Source: Gloeobacterales cyanobacterium
GTDB lineage: Bacteria > Cyanobacteriota > Cyanobacteriia > Gloeobacterales > PMM-0068
Length of the DNA: 64,000 nt
Direction of reading: 5' to 3'
Assembly: GCA_038245785.1 (NCBI GenBank)
Contig: JBBRSB010000024.1
Span: forward strand, 1-64,000
The position numbers and the translations under genes are program-made. The stretch's first letter is position 1. Every line of letters begins with the position of its first letter. The notes beneath the pieces were generated by a model. That model ran no database searches, was not told where the DNA came from, and saw nothing but the letters and a program-made list of their open reading frames with translations. Shown one piece after another: positions 42,611 through 53,163 of this stretch.

Positions 42611-43178
42611 ATTAAGGGGTTTTCTTTTGTTAATATTCTCACTCCTATGAGGTCATCTTTCAATTACTATTCACACCTGAATTTGTATATTGGAAAGAAG
42701 TTATTATGTCTACCTCCTTAAGATAATTTAGAAGTCTAGAACGAGTTAGATTGAAACTAGTCCGCATCGTACCCCGTTTTAGATGCCTAGGAGAAAACTT
42801 CAATATTTCTTCTAATTCCCTATACTTTCTCTCGTCACTATTTATTAGCTCCAAACCCTGAGGATAAAATACGATCGCACTTTGCCGCGCTTAAAAAATG
42901 ACTCGAAGTGCTTGCCCTATCAACAGCCTTATATTCACAGAACTCTAGGTACTGATAAATAACTATTGTTTAGGCTGAATAGATTCTACATAACATCCCC
43001 AAAAGGGTGATTAGGTAGCCAAATTGTCCATCTAACACCCCTAAACAGGATCTTAGAGGACTTGTTTCAGTGTAACTACCCCTCCCATAGGCTGGAATTT
43101 CCTCGTAAACCCCGCCCAAGAAGGGCTCATGGCTCTGAGAACTTGATACAGTTAAAGTGTCGTGCCCAGAGTCCTTCA

Positions 43179-44000
43179 ATGACTACCTTCCAGCCGACCT
43201 CTATCTATCCAAAGACGCAGCAAAAACCGCTGCCGACGATGTATGACTTGCCTAGCGACAATCCAGAGGACCCAGGTTTGCCGGATGAGTTCCATGATTG
43301 GCAACCTCAGTTGCTTACAGAGACGTTTGTACCTACTACCTATCCTCCTGAGCAGGTTCTTACTGCCAAAGACCTAAACCTCTACTTTGATGTGCAGAGG
43401 CCAGGGCTTTATAAGCGGCCTGATTGGTTTGGAGTAGTCGGAGTTCCCCGCGTAGTGGATGAAGGAAAAGGACGTCGCAGTTATGTGTTCTGGCAAGAGG
43501 GTCGTGCGCCTACAGTCGTAGTCGAACTGCTTTCTCGGAACACGCAAGAGGAAGACCAGGGGCTAACCCCGCGTGGTCAGGATATACCCTCCAAGTGGGA
43601 AGTCTACGAAACAAATCTACGGGTTCCCTACTATGTGGTGTTTGACGGTGCTGGCGATACGCTACGGTTTTTCCAATTGGAGGGAGAAAGCTATAGAGAA
43701 TTGGCAGAGCCGAAGCTATGGATAGAGGGATTACAGATTGGTCTGGAATTGTGGCAAGGGACGTTCGCTAGCGTGGAGCGCCTCTGGTTGCGATGGTATG
43801 ACGCGCAAGGGAATTGGATACCCACCAATGCAGAACGGGCAGCGGAAGAACGGCAACGGGCCGACCGAGAGCAACGGGAGCGGCAACAGGCTGAACAACG
43901 GGCAATAGTAGCAGAGCAGCAGGCTGAGCAAGAACGACAACGAGCAGAGCGCTTAGCCCAGATGCTACGGGACCAGGGCATCGACCCAGAAAACATTTAG
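43179..44000 (+). CDS. Uma2 family endonuclease
   Basis: LPTMYDLPS, RPDWFGV, VVELLS and an ERQRAERLA coiled tail. Confidence 0.9.
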   Translation: MTTFQPTSIYPKTQQKPLPTMYDLPSDNPEDPGLPDEFHDWQPQLLTETFVPTTYPPEQVLTAKDLNLYFDVQRPGLYKRPDWFGVVGVPRVVDEGKGRRSYVFWQEGRAPTVVVELLSRNTQEEDQGLTPRGQDIPSKWEVYETNLRVPYYVVFDGAGDTLRFFQLEGESYRELAEPKLWIEGLQIGLELWQGTFASVERLWLRWYDAQGNWIPTNAERAAEERQRADREQRERQQAEQRAIVAEQQAEQERQRAERLAQMLRDQGIDPENI

Positions 44001-44084
44001 TTTTTAGACAGGAAGCCCACTCTTTCAAGACGGGGAGAAGCTAAAGGGAAAGATTTTACTTTTAATGGGCTATTTTTTCGTTAT

Positions 44085-45782
44085 TCACTCTGAGGGAAAA
44101 GAATCGCTTAACCCTGCCCGTTTGCGGAGGGCTTGAGGGCTATTGTCACAAAGCGTCCAATTCCGTCGGAAGAAGCGAGCTAAGTCACTCTCCGCTAGAG
44201 GCAAATAGATGGGGCGACCGTGGGGACAGGTCTGGGGATTTTGGGTGTTGAGCCAGCGGTCCAAGAGGTTTTGCATATAGGGCAAATCTAAAGGCGTTCC
44301 ATTGCGGACTGCCGTGCGACAGGCCAGACTGGCACAGGCCGCATCTAAGTCCGAGCAGCTACTAAGTTCACGCAAAGCTTCGGCGGCGTCCGATCGTTCG
44401 TGCAAAAAGAGGGGAGCCTGACGGATGGCCCAGACATTCTCTCCAAAGGGTTCTAAGACAATGCCCAGGGCTTCAAGATTTTCCTGCTGACGTTGGCTTA
44501 GGTTCTCAACCAGTAGCACTTGGACTAAGTCGATTAATTCCCAGTCTTTTTGGATCTTTTCAAAAAGAACCCTTTCCTCGGCTACATGTTGTTCTACAAG
44601 CCATAGCCCTTCTGGATGTTCGGCTAGGACGTAGTTGTTGCGAATTTGAGCCAAGGCTTTAAGCTTTAGACCCGTATTGTAGACAGCTCCTTCTTCTTTC
44701 AGCGTCTTGAGCATCGCTGAGCGAAATAACCTGGAGTCTTGACTGGGGAGCGTCTCCGCTAGTACCTGCGCCAGGGTATTTTGGATTTGTTGGATCAGAG
44801 CGGGCTGATCTTGGCATTGGACCGTGGTTTTTGCAGGATGGACATTCCAGTTCAGCCGCTCAGCAGGAAGTTCTAGGTTAACCACACACAGGGGATATCT
44901 GCCTTTAGGCAAAGTGCGTCTAAAGACCTGACTGACCCCTTCAATCAGAGCTTTGTCCTCAATACGACGACCATTGATCGTGAAAATGAGCCAGTCAGGG
45001 CGGGGGCGCGTATAGCGATTCGGTAAGCCAGCGGTGACCGTAATTTTCTCCGTCGGGGTAAACGTCGAACCTTCGGCTAAATCGCTAGGTTCTAGGCGTG
45101 GAAAAAGTTGGAGCAGAATATCCTTGGCACTATTCCCCGGCCAGAGCGAAAGTTTTGGCGCAAGGGCTACATCCTTCTGTCCGTTAGATTCTCCGATATA
45201 AACCTGCCAGGTGACTTGGGGATGCGCTAGAGCCTGATATTTTATCCATTGCAGAATAGCCGCAACTTCCTTTTGCAGGTTGAGAAATCGGCGACGAACG
45301 GGCATCTGACCGAAGACATTGTTGACGGTGACTACCGTCCCCAAACCTGCGCCTTGAGGTTTTTGTTCGATCACCTGACCTTGATGGTCGTAGCGTTGCC
45401 AGGAAGCTAAGGTCTGATCTGAGGAACGGGTCACTAAAACCAAGTCTCCAACCATCGCTAAGGCGTGCAGCCCTTCTCCTCGAAAACCTAAGGTCCTTAC
45501 TTGCCAGAGGTCTGCCACCGACTTGATTTTAGAAGTGTGGTGGGAGAGGGCGCAGACCAGAGCATCTTCTAGAGGCATCCCTCGACCATCATCACTGACT
45601 TGAATGGTCCAGCGCTGAGGCCAAATACAGACGGAAATACGACGCGCGCCAGCATCCAGACTGTTGTCCACCAATTCGCGAACTACCGCAACCAGCGAAT
45701 CTATGATTTCGCCAGCCGCAATCAGGTGAACCAGCTCGGAAGATAAGCTGTGGATAGAGGGAGAGGCCATGGGCAGTGTCAA
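44085..45782 (-). CDS. mutL: DNA mismatch repair endonuclease MutL
   Basis: IAAGE, TLGFRGEGL, EQHVAEER and CPHGRP motifs. Confidence 0.95.
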   Translation of the reverse strand: MTLPMASPSIHSLSSELVHLIAAGEIIDSLVAVVRELVDNSLDAGARRISVCIWPQRWTIQVSDDGRGMPLEDALVCALSHHTSKIKSVADLWQVRTLGFRGEGLHALAMVGDLVLVTRSSDQTLASWQRYDHQGQVIEQKPQGAGLGTVVTVNNVFGQMPVRRRFLNLQKEVAAILQWIKYQALAHPQVTWQVYIGESNGQKDVALAPKLSLWPGNSAKDILLQLFPRLEPSDLAEGSTFTPTEKITVTAGLPNRYTRPRPDWLIFTINGRRIEDKALIEGVSQVFRRTLPKGRYPLCVVNLELPAERLNWNVHPAKTTVQCQDQPALIQQIQNTLAQVLAETLPSQDSRLFRSAMLKTLKEEGAVYNTGLKLKALAQIRNNYVLAEHPEGLWLVEQHVAEERVLFEKIQKDWELIDLVQVLLVENLSQRQQENLEALGIVLEPFGENVWAIRQAPLFLHERSDAAEALRELSSCSDLDAACASLACRTAVRNGTPLDLPYMQNLLDRWLNTQNPQTCPHGRPIYLPLAESDLARFFRRNWTLCDNSPQALRKRAGLSDSFPSE

Positions 45783-45851
45783 GGAGCACCCATTCTGTCT
45801 ATTTTCTATTCTCTTAGATCAGGTTACAGGCCAAGACTAATGAATGCTCCC

Positions 45852-46358
45852 CTAGTCAAAGTAAAACAGGGTCACGATTTTACGCTGCTCTTCCGCCTGT
45901 CTACAGGTTTCTAGTAGGGTTTCAGAGTCATGAAAAGCAAAACAGATCAGTTGCTGACACTTGGCAACGATTTCAGCATTGCAGAGAGTGCTGGCTTCGG
46001 CTAGTGGTAGTTCATCCCGTTCGGGATGTTCTACTAACTGGACTACCTGTTCAAGCTGGTCTTGGGATTCTTTGGGTTGACGGGCTAAACTCTGAGGCAA
46101 AATAACGGTTACGGCATTGGGGTCAGCCCGCATGGCTCCACGAATCACCGCAGCATTCGTTCCACCGGAACCAGAAGTAAGCATTCGGTTTCCGGAAAGA
46201 GCCAAAGCATAGCTTAGTAACTCAATGAGCTGCTGATGACCTAGCGGTAAATGGCGGGAGCCCAGGATAGCTATTTGTTTAGAACCTGTATTTTGGATGG
46301 TGAGGAGTTCCTCTAAAAACTCATCCACAGAAGCGACATTAGTAAAGGAGCGGGTCAA
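45852..46358 (-). CDS. small DprA/Smf-like Rossmann-fold protein (conserved in cyanobacteria)
   Basis: IAILGSRH, TSGSGGTNAAVIRGA and FAFHDSETL. Confidence 0.8.
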   Translation of the reverse strand: MTRSFTNVASVDEFLEELLTIQNTGSKQIAILGSRHLPLGHQQLIELLSYALALSGNRMLTSGSGGTNAAVIRGAMRADPNAVTVILPQSLARQPKESQDQLEQVVQLVEHPERDELPLAEASTLCNAEIVAKCQQLICFAFHDSETLLETCRQAEEQRKIVTLFYFD

Positions 46359-46489
46359 GGTTGCTTTCCTTCAGACTTAGCACAAGACAGTAAGGCAATG
46401 CCCCTAGTCTATCAGGACGTGCTCGGACAATCTCAAACAATCGTTAAGCAAACTAGAGGAATTTTCTAGATTATGGTGAGTTCCCACAG

Positions 46490-47263
46490 TTATGGCAGCT
46501 TGCGCACCTGGGCAAAACCGACGAGTACCAGCTTCCCAGGTTTAATGGACAGCCGAAGAACACGGGCTGTGATGTTTTGCGCCTCTAACTGATTGAGGTC
46601 TACCAATTGATTGACTCCCCCCAAAAATAGGGTGGTCAATTCGGTGGGAACGGGTGTGCCATCTAGGGAAAAGACTGGATTGACAAAGCGGACGGTGGTT
46701 CCACGATCCACTTTGACTCCCGTGCGAAAACGGACTGCCACCGTTTGATCGCTTTGCTCTGGGGTGCTGAGCTTGGCTTGAACTTCGACGATGCCCTCTT
46801 GCAAGGAGATCTTCGGCTCAGAAAAAGTAATGCGCTGTACTTGCCCGGACCCCCCTAAAACACCAGGAATTTCCGCTCGAAGATTCTGAAATGCTTTGAT
46901 TGCTTCCGGACTATTCAGCGTTTTGTTTAAGTCTTCTTCAGTCAATTCCAAGTGAACAGCTGCTTGGAGAGGATTCTTCAAACCGACTTTCGCCCCAGAA
47001 AAATTGAGGCTGACAGGGTCTGTTTCCATCTCCGCTACTGCAACCCGAAAAGGCTGACGAACCACTCCTCGGGCCGCGAACTGGACCCGTTCGACTTCCC
47101 CGTTGACTAACTGATAGTTTGGTCGGCTAACAACCCGTACTTCCAGTCGATCAGCATGGTCCACCTGCTTGAGGAGTAAATCTTTAGCGATTTGTTCGAG
47201 GCTATAACCACCCAAATTACCCAGGGTAGCCAGAAGGACTATTACAGAAACGAGCCAAGGCAT
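46490..47263 (-). CDS. DUF2993/LmeA-family protein
   Basis: QAAVHLELTEEDLNKTLNS pattern; N-terminal hydrophobic segment. Confidence 0.75.
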   Translation of the reverse strand: MPWLVSVIVLLATLGNLGGYSLEQIAKDLLLKQVDHADRLEVRVVSRPNYQLVNGEVERVQFAARGVVRQPFRVAVAEMETDPVSLNFSGAKVGLKNPLQAAVHLELTEEDLNKTLNSPEAIKAFQNLRAEIPGVLGGSGQVQRITFSEPKISLQEGIVEVQAKLSTPEQSDQTVAVRFRTGVKVDRGTTVRFVNPVFSLDGTPVPTELTTLFLGGVNQLVDLNQLEAQNITARVLRLSIKPGKLVLVGFAQVRKLP

Positions 47264-47271
47264 ACCCAGAC

Positions 47272-48252
47272 CTAACGAGGATACTTAACCTTCACGAAGC
47301 CAATCTCATAAAGTTGCTGATAGGCCTGTTTGGCTATAGGGCGGTCGGGTTGTTGAGATTGAACAATGCGGACCAAAAGAGGAACGGCTAGCTCAGGCTT
47401 ATCTTCTGCCCGGTGGACAAGGGCTAACTGATAGCTGGCCTCATCCCGGACAATAGCAGCGGTAAGCGCCAGTTGCTTTTCTTCTTCAGAAATACGGTTA
47501 TCGATGCCAACAAAAGACTTGTTCAAGGCCTGGTGAAAAATAGAGATTTGACTCAGCGTGGTGACGGCTTCTTTCGCTTTACCCACCGCTTGGGGAAACT
47601 TTCGAGCTTGAGCTAAGTCCCCGGATTCTTTTAGGAGATTTTTGGCGGACTCAATCGTCAGAAAGCTGCCAGCATTTTCTATTTGCTTTACCTGGGCATC
47701 AGCAGGATAGACACTTTTGACAAACCCCACGGCATAGAGCTTTTGGTAGGCGGCTTTACCCAAATCTCGGTCAGGTTGTTCTGATTGAACGACTCGGGTC
47801 AAGAGGGGAATTGCTAGCTGGGGTTTGCCGCCGCCGATATGGGCATCGGCCAGCTGGAGGAGCGTCTCATCTCTTTTGACGGCTGCCTGAACTGCTAGTT
47901 CTCTCTCGTTGGCTGAAACTTTGGTATCAATTCCACTAAAGGCTGCTGACAGGGATTGATGAAGATTAGAAAGCTGGTTCAGCATAGTAATTGCTTCTTG
48001 CGTCTTCTGCACGGCTTCGGGAAAACGCTTAGCTTCAAGGGCATCTTTCCCTTGCTTAATCAATTGGTCTGCAGCGGCAGGACTCAAAATGCTACTTTCG
48101 GTCTCCAACTGGCGAAACTGCTGAGCGTCAGGGATGGAAACGGATTCCTTTTCCTTTGGGAGAGAAGCTGCATCCACCGATGGTGCCTTGGTTTGAGCCA
48201 TTGCAGCAGGAGCCAGCAGGAGCAGACAGAGGAAAAGTAAAATGTGCCGCAT
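47272..48252 (-). CDS. exported TPR-like protein with an internal domain duplication
   Basis: signal peptide MRHILLFLCLLLLAPAAMA; two ~125-aa repeats ending AYQxLYxxGFV. Confidence 0.8.
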   Translation of the reverse strand: MRHILLFLCLLLLAPAAMAQTKAPSVDAASLPKEKESVSIPDAQQFRQLETESSILSPAAADQLIKQGKDALEAKRFPEAVQKTQEAITMLNQLSNLHQSLSAAFSGIDTKVSANERELAVQAAVKRDETLLQLADAHIGGGKPQLAIPLLTRVVQSEQPDRDLGKAAYQKLYAVGFVKSVYPADAQVKQIENAGSFLTIESAKNLLKESGDLAQARKFPQAVGKAKEAVTTLSQISIFHQALNKSFVGIDNRISEEEKQLALTAAIVRDEASYQLALVHRAEDKPELAVPLLVRIVQSQQPDRPIAKQAYQQLYEIGFVKVKYPR

Positions 48253-48407
48253 GAGGATACCCAGTAGAATAGTAGACGTGTGCGTTCCGCTCAAACTCCG
48301 CGATTCTATCACGCGGGCAGTCTCTAGATAGAGCTAACCTAGCCGTTCTGACCTTATAATTCGGTCTCAAGCTCAGCCGTATTCTCTTCCTCACTACTTC
48401 CGCACAA

Positions 48408-50810
48408 ATGAATCCTTTTCTGCCTCGAATGCCCCGTGGCAAGCCCTTGCCGACCCCTGCGGCCCTCGTTAAAAAGGTTAATAAGCTTTCGTTCCAAAGG
48501 TCTCTATTTACGGTAGGAGCGATTCTATTGTTAAGTTTGGCCTTAGGCGTGCGCTTCTATAACGAGCCTCAAGTGACTGTGGGCTATAAGGCTACAGAGA
48601 CGATCCTGGCACCGCGCGATGCGACTGTTACGGACCGGGAAGCGACAGAGGTTGCCAAAGAAAATGCCCGTCGCCAGATGATCCAGGTTTATCAGCCTTT
48701 GAGTGAAGTCGATACGCAGGTCAAGGACCGTCTAGCCTCCCTGATCGAACAAGTGAACCGCCTACGTGGCGTTTTGGGCCCTTTCCCCTTTGCTGATACG
48801 AGTTTTCTGACTACTGAAAAGCAGCGCCAGCTGTTGCTCCTCAAAGAGCAGGACTGGCAGTCGTTGCGTTCACAATGGCTGTCTCCCGAGCGTAATCCTG
48901 GCACGGGCACCCCTTTACCTTCCAGCATCGATCGTGCCCCGCTGCAGGTTCGCCAAGCACTAGTTGCCCGCGTTGGGGTCGCTCGCCAGAAGTACCGACA
49001 GGTTCAGGAACTGCTTCCCACGATCAACCCTCTTCTCAGAACGGGAGGCATCATTTCCTTCAATGGCAGCGATCCAGCCCCACTTCTAGACCTATCCGAT
49101 GCTCAATGGCAAGGCATCCGGGCTCAAGCAAAATTGATAACAGAAAGAATTTTAGCCATGGGCGTTCTTCCTGGTGTTCCAGAAGAAATGAAGATACGGG
49201 GGATTAAAGCCCAGATTCCGGTCGATTGGAATCAAGCGGAACGAAGAGTCGTGCTTGTTCTGGTAGAGACGGTTCTTGAGCCCAACTTGAAAGTTGACCA
49301 ATTGGCAACGGTCAGAAAAGTTGAGCGAGAAATTCTTGAAGTAGACCAGGTTGTCTTGCCGATTAAAAAAGGTCAGGTCTTAGTCCAGTCAGGAGAGACC
49401 GTCACTCCCCGATTGTTTAACATCCTGGACCAGCTGGGCCTTACACAGCGGGGCGTCAATTGGCTCGGTTTAGGGGTTTTGACAGCTATTTTGATCTTCT
49501 GTGTCAGTGTTTTCCAGTGGCTCGTTCCCAAAGCCTTACAGGAGTCTTCTCCTGGAGGAAAAAATTTACGCACTCGAGATTTGCGCCGCGAAGACCAAAT
49601 TCTGATCTTGGCCCTGGCTGTGGCTGTGGGGGTGATCGGAGCTGTGTTTTCTCTAGACTGGACCCTATATTTGCCTTTGTCTGCCTTTGGACTACTGGTA
49701 GGGAGTTTTTATGGCACTAATCTAGGTTTTCTGGCGGTATTCTGTTTTCTGCCTCCCTTGATTCAGGGTTGGAACTGGCAGCATCCCTTGTATCTCTTGC
49801 TTCCTACTATCGGCGGTGCTCTAGTGGCGGCTTGGGTTGGCGGTCGCGTTCGTTCGCGGGATGAGATGGCCTTGGGTGGCATCGGGGTGTCCCTGGTCCA
49901 AGGGGGCTTGTATCTGCTGATTGCCTTAGTGTTGTTGGGACGTCCGCTGGATTGGCAACTCCTCCTAGAAGCGACACAGTGCGCAGCCAGTGGACTGCTG
50001 TGGTGTATCGTCGCGCTGGGGGTAAGTCCTTTTCTAGAGAGTCTGTTCGATTTGGTAACGCCCGTGCGCCTGGTGGAGCTTGCGAACCCCAACCGTCCTT
50101 TGTTGAAACGTCTGGCTACAGAAGCACCAGGCACCTATCAGCACACGCTCTTCGTGGCTAATTTGGCTACGGCTGCTGCCCAAGCGGTAGGCGCAAATGT
50201 GGAACTGGTCCGGGCCGGGACGCTTTATCACGATATTGGCAAGATGGTACGGCCGCTGTACTTCATTGAAAATCAGATGGGGCTTCCTAATCCCCACGAT
50301 GAGCTGTCTGCACCCAAACGTTCTGCTCAGATGATCAAAGCCCATGTGGCCGATGGGCTCAAACTCGCCAAAAAGTACAATCTCCCTCAAGCGATTCGAA
50401 ATTTTATTCCAGAACATCAGGGCACGATTCAGATTGCCTATTTCTATCATCAGGCCCGACAACAAAACCCCGAGGCTGAAATTTCAGAAGAGGACTTTAC
50501 CTACGATGGACCGATTCCCCAAAGCCGGGAGACCGGGCTATTGATGCTAGCGGATGCCTGCGAAGCGGCTCTACGCTCCTTGGCCGATACGGGGGAGGAG
50601 GAAGCCTTTGGCATGGTCCGGCGTATTCTCCAAAGTCGCTTGAATGATGGACAGTTAGCGGATTCAGGTATTGAAGAGACAGAATTAGCCCTGATTGCTC
50701 GGGTTTTTGTCAAGGTTTGGAAGGAACAAAACCACACCCGCATCCGCTATCCAGCCCTACCTAGTGGTGCTGGTGCGGCCAAGCGTAGACCAAGAGCCTC
50801 TATTTCTTAG
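48408..50810 (+). CDS. 7TM-HD (HDIG) phosphohydrolase, PgpH-like
   Basis: EAPGTYQH, YHDIGK, YFIENQ, EHQGT and MLADACEAA; TM region. Confidence 0.92.
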   Translation: MNPFLPRMPRGKPLPTPAALVKKVNKLSFQRSLFTVGAILLLSLALGVRFYNEPQVTVGYKATETILAPRDATVTDREATEVAKENARRQMIQVYQPLSEVDTQVKDRLASLIEQVNRLRGVLGPFPFADTSFLTTEKQRQLLLLKEQDWQSLRSQWLSPERNPGTGTPLPSSIDRAPLQVRQALVARVGVARQKYRQVQELLPTINPLLRTGGIISFNGSDPAPLLDLSDAQWQGIRAQAKLITERILAMGVLPGVPEEMKIRGIKAQIPVDWNQAERRVVLVLVETVLEPNLKVDQLATVRKVEREILEVDQVVLPIKKGQVLVQSGETVTPRLFNILDQLGLTQRGVNWLGLGVLTAILIFCVSVFQWLVPKALQESSPGGKNLRTRDLRREDQILILALAVAVGVIGAVFSLDWTLYLPLSAFGLLVGSFYGTNLGFLAVFCFLPPLIQGWNWQHPLYLLLPTIGGALVAAWVGGRVRSRDEMALGGIGVSLVQGGLYLLIALVLLGRPLDWQLLLEATQCAASGLLWCIVALGVSPFLESLFDLVTPVRLVELANPNRPLLKRLATEAPGTYQHTLFVANLATAAAQAVGANVELVRAGTLYHDIGKMVRPLYFIENQMGLPNPHDELSAPKRSAQMIKAHVADGLKLAKKYNLPQAIRNFIPEHQGTIQIAYFYHQARQQNPEAEISEEDFTYDGPIPQSRETGLLMLADACEAALRSLADTGEEEAFGMVRRILQSRLNDGQLADSGIEETELALIARVFVKVWKEQNHTRIRYPALPSGAGAAKRRPRASIS

Positions 50811-50820
50811 CGCTGCTTGG

Positions 50821-52149
50821 CTAACTTCCGCGAGAGGCCACCCCAAGATCTCGAAATAGAATTGCAGGCAATTGAGCAGAGCCAAAGATCCAGGTAGTTT
50901 CTTTGGAAAGTTCTTCCAGGTTGCTAAAGGCTTCAAATAAGTTGCCTGCCACCATCGTATTCTTGACCCGACCGACGATCTTTCCCTGCTCGATCTTGTA
51001 GCCAAGATCCAAATTGACAGAAAATTCTCCCTGGAGTTGGTTGGATTGCCCAGCACCCAAAACCTGGTCTACGATCAGGCCCTCTTTGATACTGGAGACC
51101 AATTCATCAAAGCTGGCCTGGCCTCCATCCATGCAGAGATTCACCACACTAGGGGATGGTCTGGAAAGACCACTCCGAAAGCCGTTGCCTGTGGACTGGA
51201 CTCCTCCGCGAGCGGCCCAAACCCGGTCCCAGTAGAAGTTCTGGACTACTCCATCCTGGATAAAATGTTTCGCTTGGGTCGGCGTACCTTCATCATCCAC
51301 GGGCGTGTGGTTGATCCCCCTCGTCGGGTCTTCGTATAGGTTAAGGCGGGGATCAAATAGATGGAGCCCTTCTTTCCCTAACAAGGGAGAAGCTTTCTGG
51401 ACCACCATTTGACCGTTAAACGCTGTTCTAAATAAGCTTCCCAAGACAAAAGCGGCAGCCCGTGGCGTAAAAATGACCGGTAGTTTTCCGCTTTGAACAG
51501 AGGCCATGGAGCTCGCTCGCTGATACTTTTCAATCAGTTCAGTAGCCAGTGCGGCGTAATCTGGTTCACCGTCGCGCTCTGTGGCGTAGCTATAAATCTC
51601 CAGAAAATCCTGGCCCCGAACTAAATTGCCCGATAGAGAGGCGGAGACCACGGTGCTTGTTTCTTTGGCAAAGGCTCCTCCAGTTGTGGCAATGGCAGAA
51701 TGCGCCTTTTTGACGGTGAATCCTGCACTGACCAAAATATCGGGGTTGAACTGGTGCATCTTTTCAATCAGGGCTTCTCCCCGCTGAACTAGCGCGTTCG
51801 TGCTTGGAGGGGCGTAGGAGGACGGCTCAGTGTGAAAAGTGCTTGACTTGGCAAACTCGAATTCTGCTGGATCGCCAATGGCAGCCGTCGCAATCGCTGC
51901 ATCCACGAGTTCTTCCATTCGGGAAAGGTCTGTAGAAGAGGCAAAGCCCACACGGCCTTCATGAATGACCCGTAGGGCTACTCCTTGAATCGCTTTGGTG
52001 GTCAAAGATTTCAGACGATTGCTCTCAAACTCTACGGGCGTTTCAGCTCGGTCCAGATAATAGACTTCTGCTTCCACCTTTCGCGCACGGGCCATGCCCA
52101 GCAATTTTTCTACCAGGGGTGCCGATACTATGGGAAGCACTTCTGTCAC
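50821..52149 (-). CDS. TldD/PmbA family protein
   Basis: DDEGTP, GEFSVN and GRVKNTMVAGN motifs. Confidence 0.9.
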   Translation of the reverse strand: MTEVLPIVSAPLVEKLLGMARARKVEAEVYYLDRAETPVEFESNRLKSLTTKAIQGVALRVIHEGRVGFASSTDLSRMEELVDAAIATAAIGDPAEFEFAKSSTFHTEPSSYAPPSTNALVQRGEALIEKMHQFNPDILVSAGFTVKKAHSAIATTGGAFAKETSTVVSASLSGNLVRGQDFLEIYSYATERDGEPDYAALATELIEKYQRASSMASVQSGKLPVIFTPRAAAFVLGSLFRTAFNGQMVVQKASPLLGKEGLHLFDPRLNLYEDPTRGINHTPVDDEGTPTQAKHFIQDGVVQNFYWDRVWAARGGVQSTGNGFRSGLSRPSPSVVNLCMDGGQASFDELVSSIKEGLIVDQVLGAGQSNQLQGEFSVNLDLGYKIEQGKIVGRVKNTMVAGNLFEAFSNLEELSKETTWIFGSAQLPAILFRDLGVASRGS

Positions 52150-52191
52150 AATGGTCTCTCCAAAGGTCCTGCTTCCCAGTGTAGGTCAGGG

Positions 52192-53163
52192 GTGGATAGT
52201 CATCTGCGTGTCAGCAACTTATGGGGAATACTTCTGAGCTTATTAGGGTTCTACCTAGGGGCTTGTAGTGTCATTCCAGACAGGTCTTTGATAGAACGGA
52301 CCAAGCAGACTGTCTTAGACAAACCGACGTTTGGACTGGAGACCTCGGACCTCTACTATCCTGATTGGTTTTTGGGCCGTTGGCAGGTGGTTGCTACGCT
52401 TGAATCTTTTGAAGCTCCCCAAGGACAGTATGGGGACCGAGCCAGCATAGAGCAGGCGATCAAAGAGCAGGGGCGTTCGGTACGCTATCCGGTGCGTTTT
52501 TATAGAAATGAACAAGGCAAAGTTATTGCAGACCGTGCTTTCAATGCTAAATCGATTACTGAAGCCTACCTAGGTCCTAAAACGGTCCGTGAAGTCATCT
52601 TTGACCCCCAGCGTCCAGACCGGCAGACGGTTCTTTTGCTCAGTGGCAGCAGAGGAGAGCTTTATATTACCCAGCGTCGCAGTGAGTCTCCTGAGCCTTC
52701 CCAATTTAATACGTTAGAGTTTTATCGTCAGGTTTTGGGGACCTTAACGGGTGTGCCCAAAACTAAAGATATTGAGGCGGTGACGCTCTATCGCCGCAGC
52801 TCAGACCCGAAAAAATTTCAGGCTCTTCAGCAAACGGCTGTTTTCCTGGTGCCCACAGACCCAGCCTACTTCCAAAGTCAAAATAAGGCGGTCACCCTCT
52901 ACCGATATCGTCTTGATTTTAGCAGGAACCCCTCCCCTAGCCTCTTAATCTCAATTCCACCCCTCAGTCCCTACGGGACAGCTCCCCACCCTTCGGGAAG
53001 GCTTCGCCTACGAAGGGGGAGCCTTTTCTGGAAAGAGAAAGCTTTGGGGGCAGGGATAGAACGGAGGGGATGCGAGAACACTATACGAACAAGCCCATCT
53101 CTAGAGCACGCAAAATGCGTGGTAGCCCTACTACCTCCGAGCGTAAGCTCTGGTACAAATTAG
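52192..53163 (+). CDS. conserved cyanobacterial protein (DUF6816-like) whose C-terminus reads through a repeat element
   Basis: DLYYPDWFLGRW, VIADRAFN and DPAYF...LYRYRL; start uncertain. Confidence 0.7.
   Translation: MDSHLRVSNLWGILLSLLGFYLGACSVIPDRSLIERTKQTVLDKPTFGLETSDLYYPDWFLGRWQVVATLESFEAPQGQYGDRASIEQAIKEQGRSVRYPVRFYRNEQGKVIADRAFNAKSITEAYLGPKTVREVIFDPQRPDRQTVLLLSGSRGELYITQRRSESPEPSQFNTLEFYRQVLGTLTGVPKTKDIEAVTLYRRSSDPKKFQALQQTAVFLVPTDPAYFQSQNKAVTLYRYRLDFSRNPSPSLLISIPPLSPYGTAPHPSGRLRLRRGSLFWKEKALGAGIERRGCENTIRTSPSLEHAKCVVALLPPSVSSGTN

Noticed and set aside
43840..43960. Nucleotide tandem repeat
   Set aside because: Ordinary low-complexity ERQRAE coiled-coil tail of Uma2 proteins
51985..52191. 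5' extension of ORF 51985-53163
   Set aside because: Overlaps the divergent tldD/pmbA gene; a downstream start is more plausible
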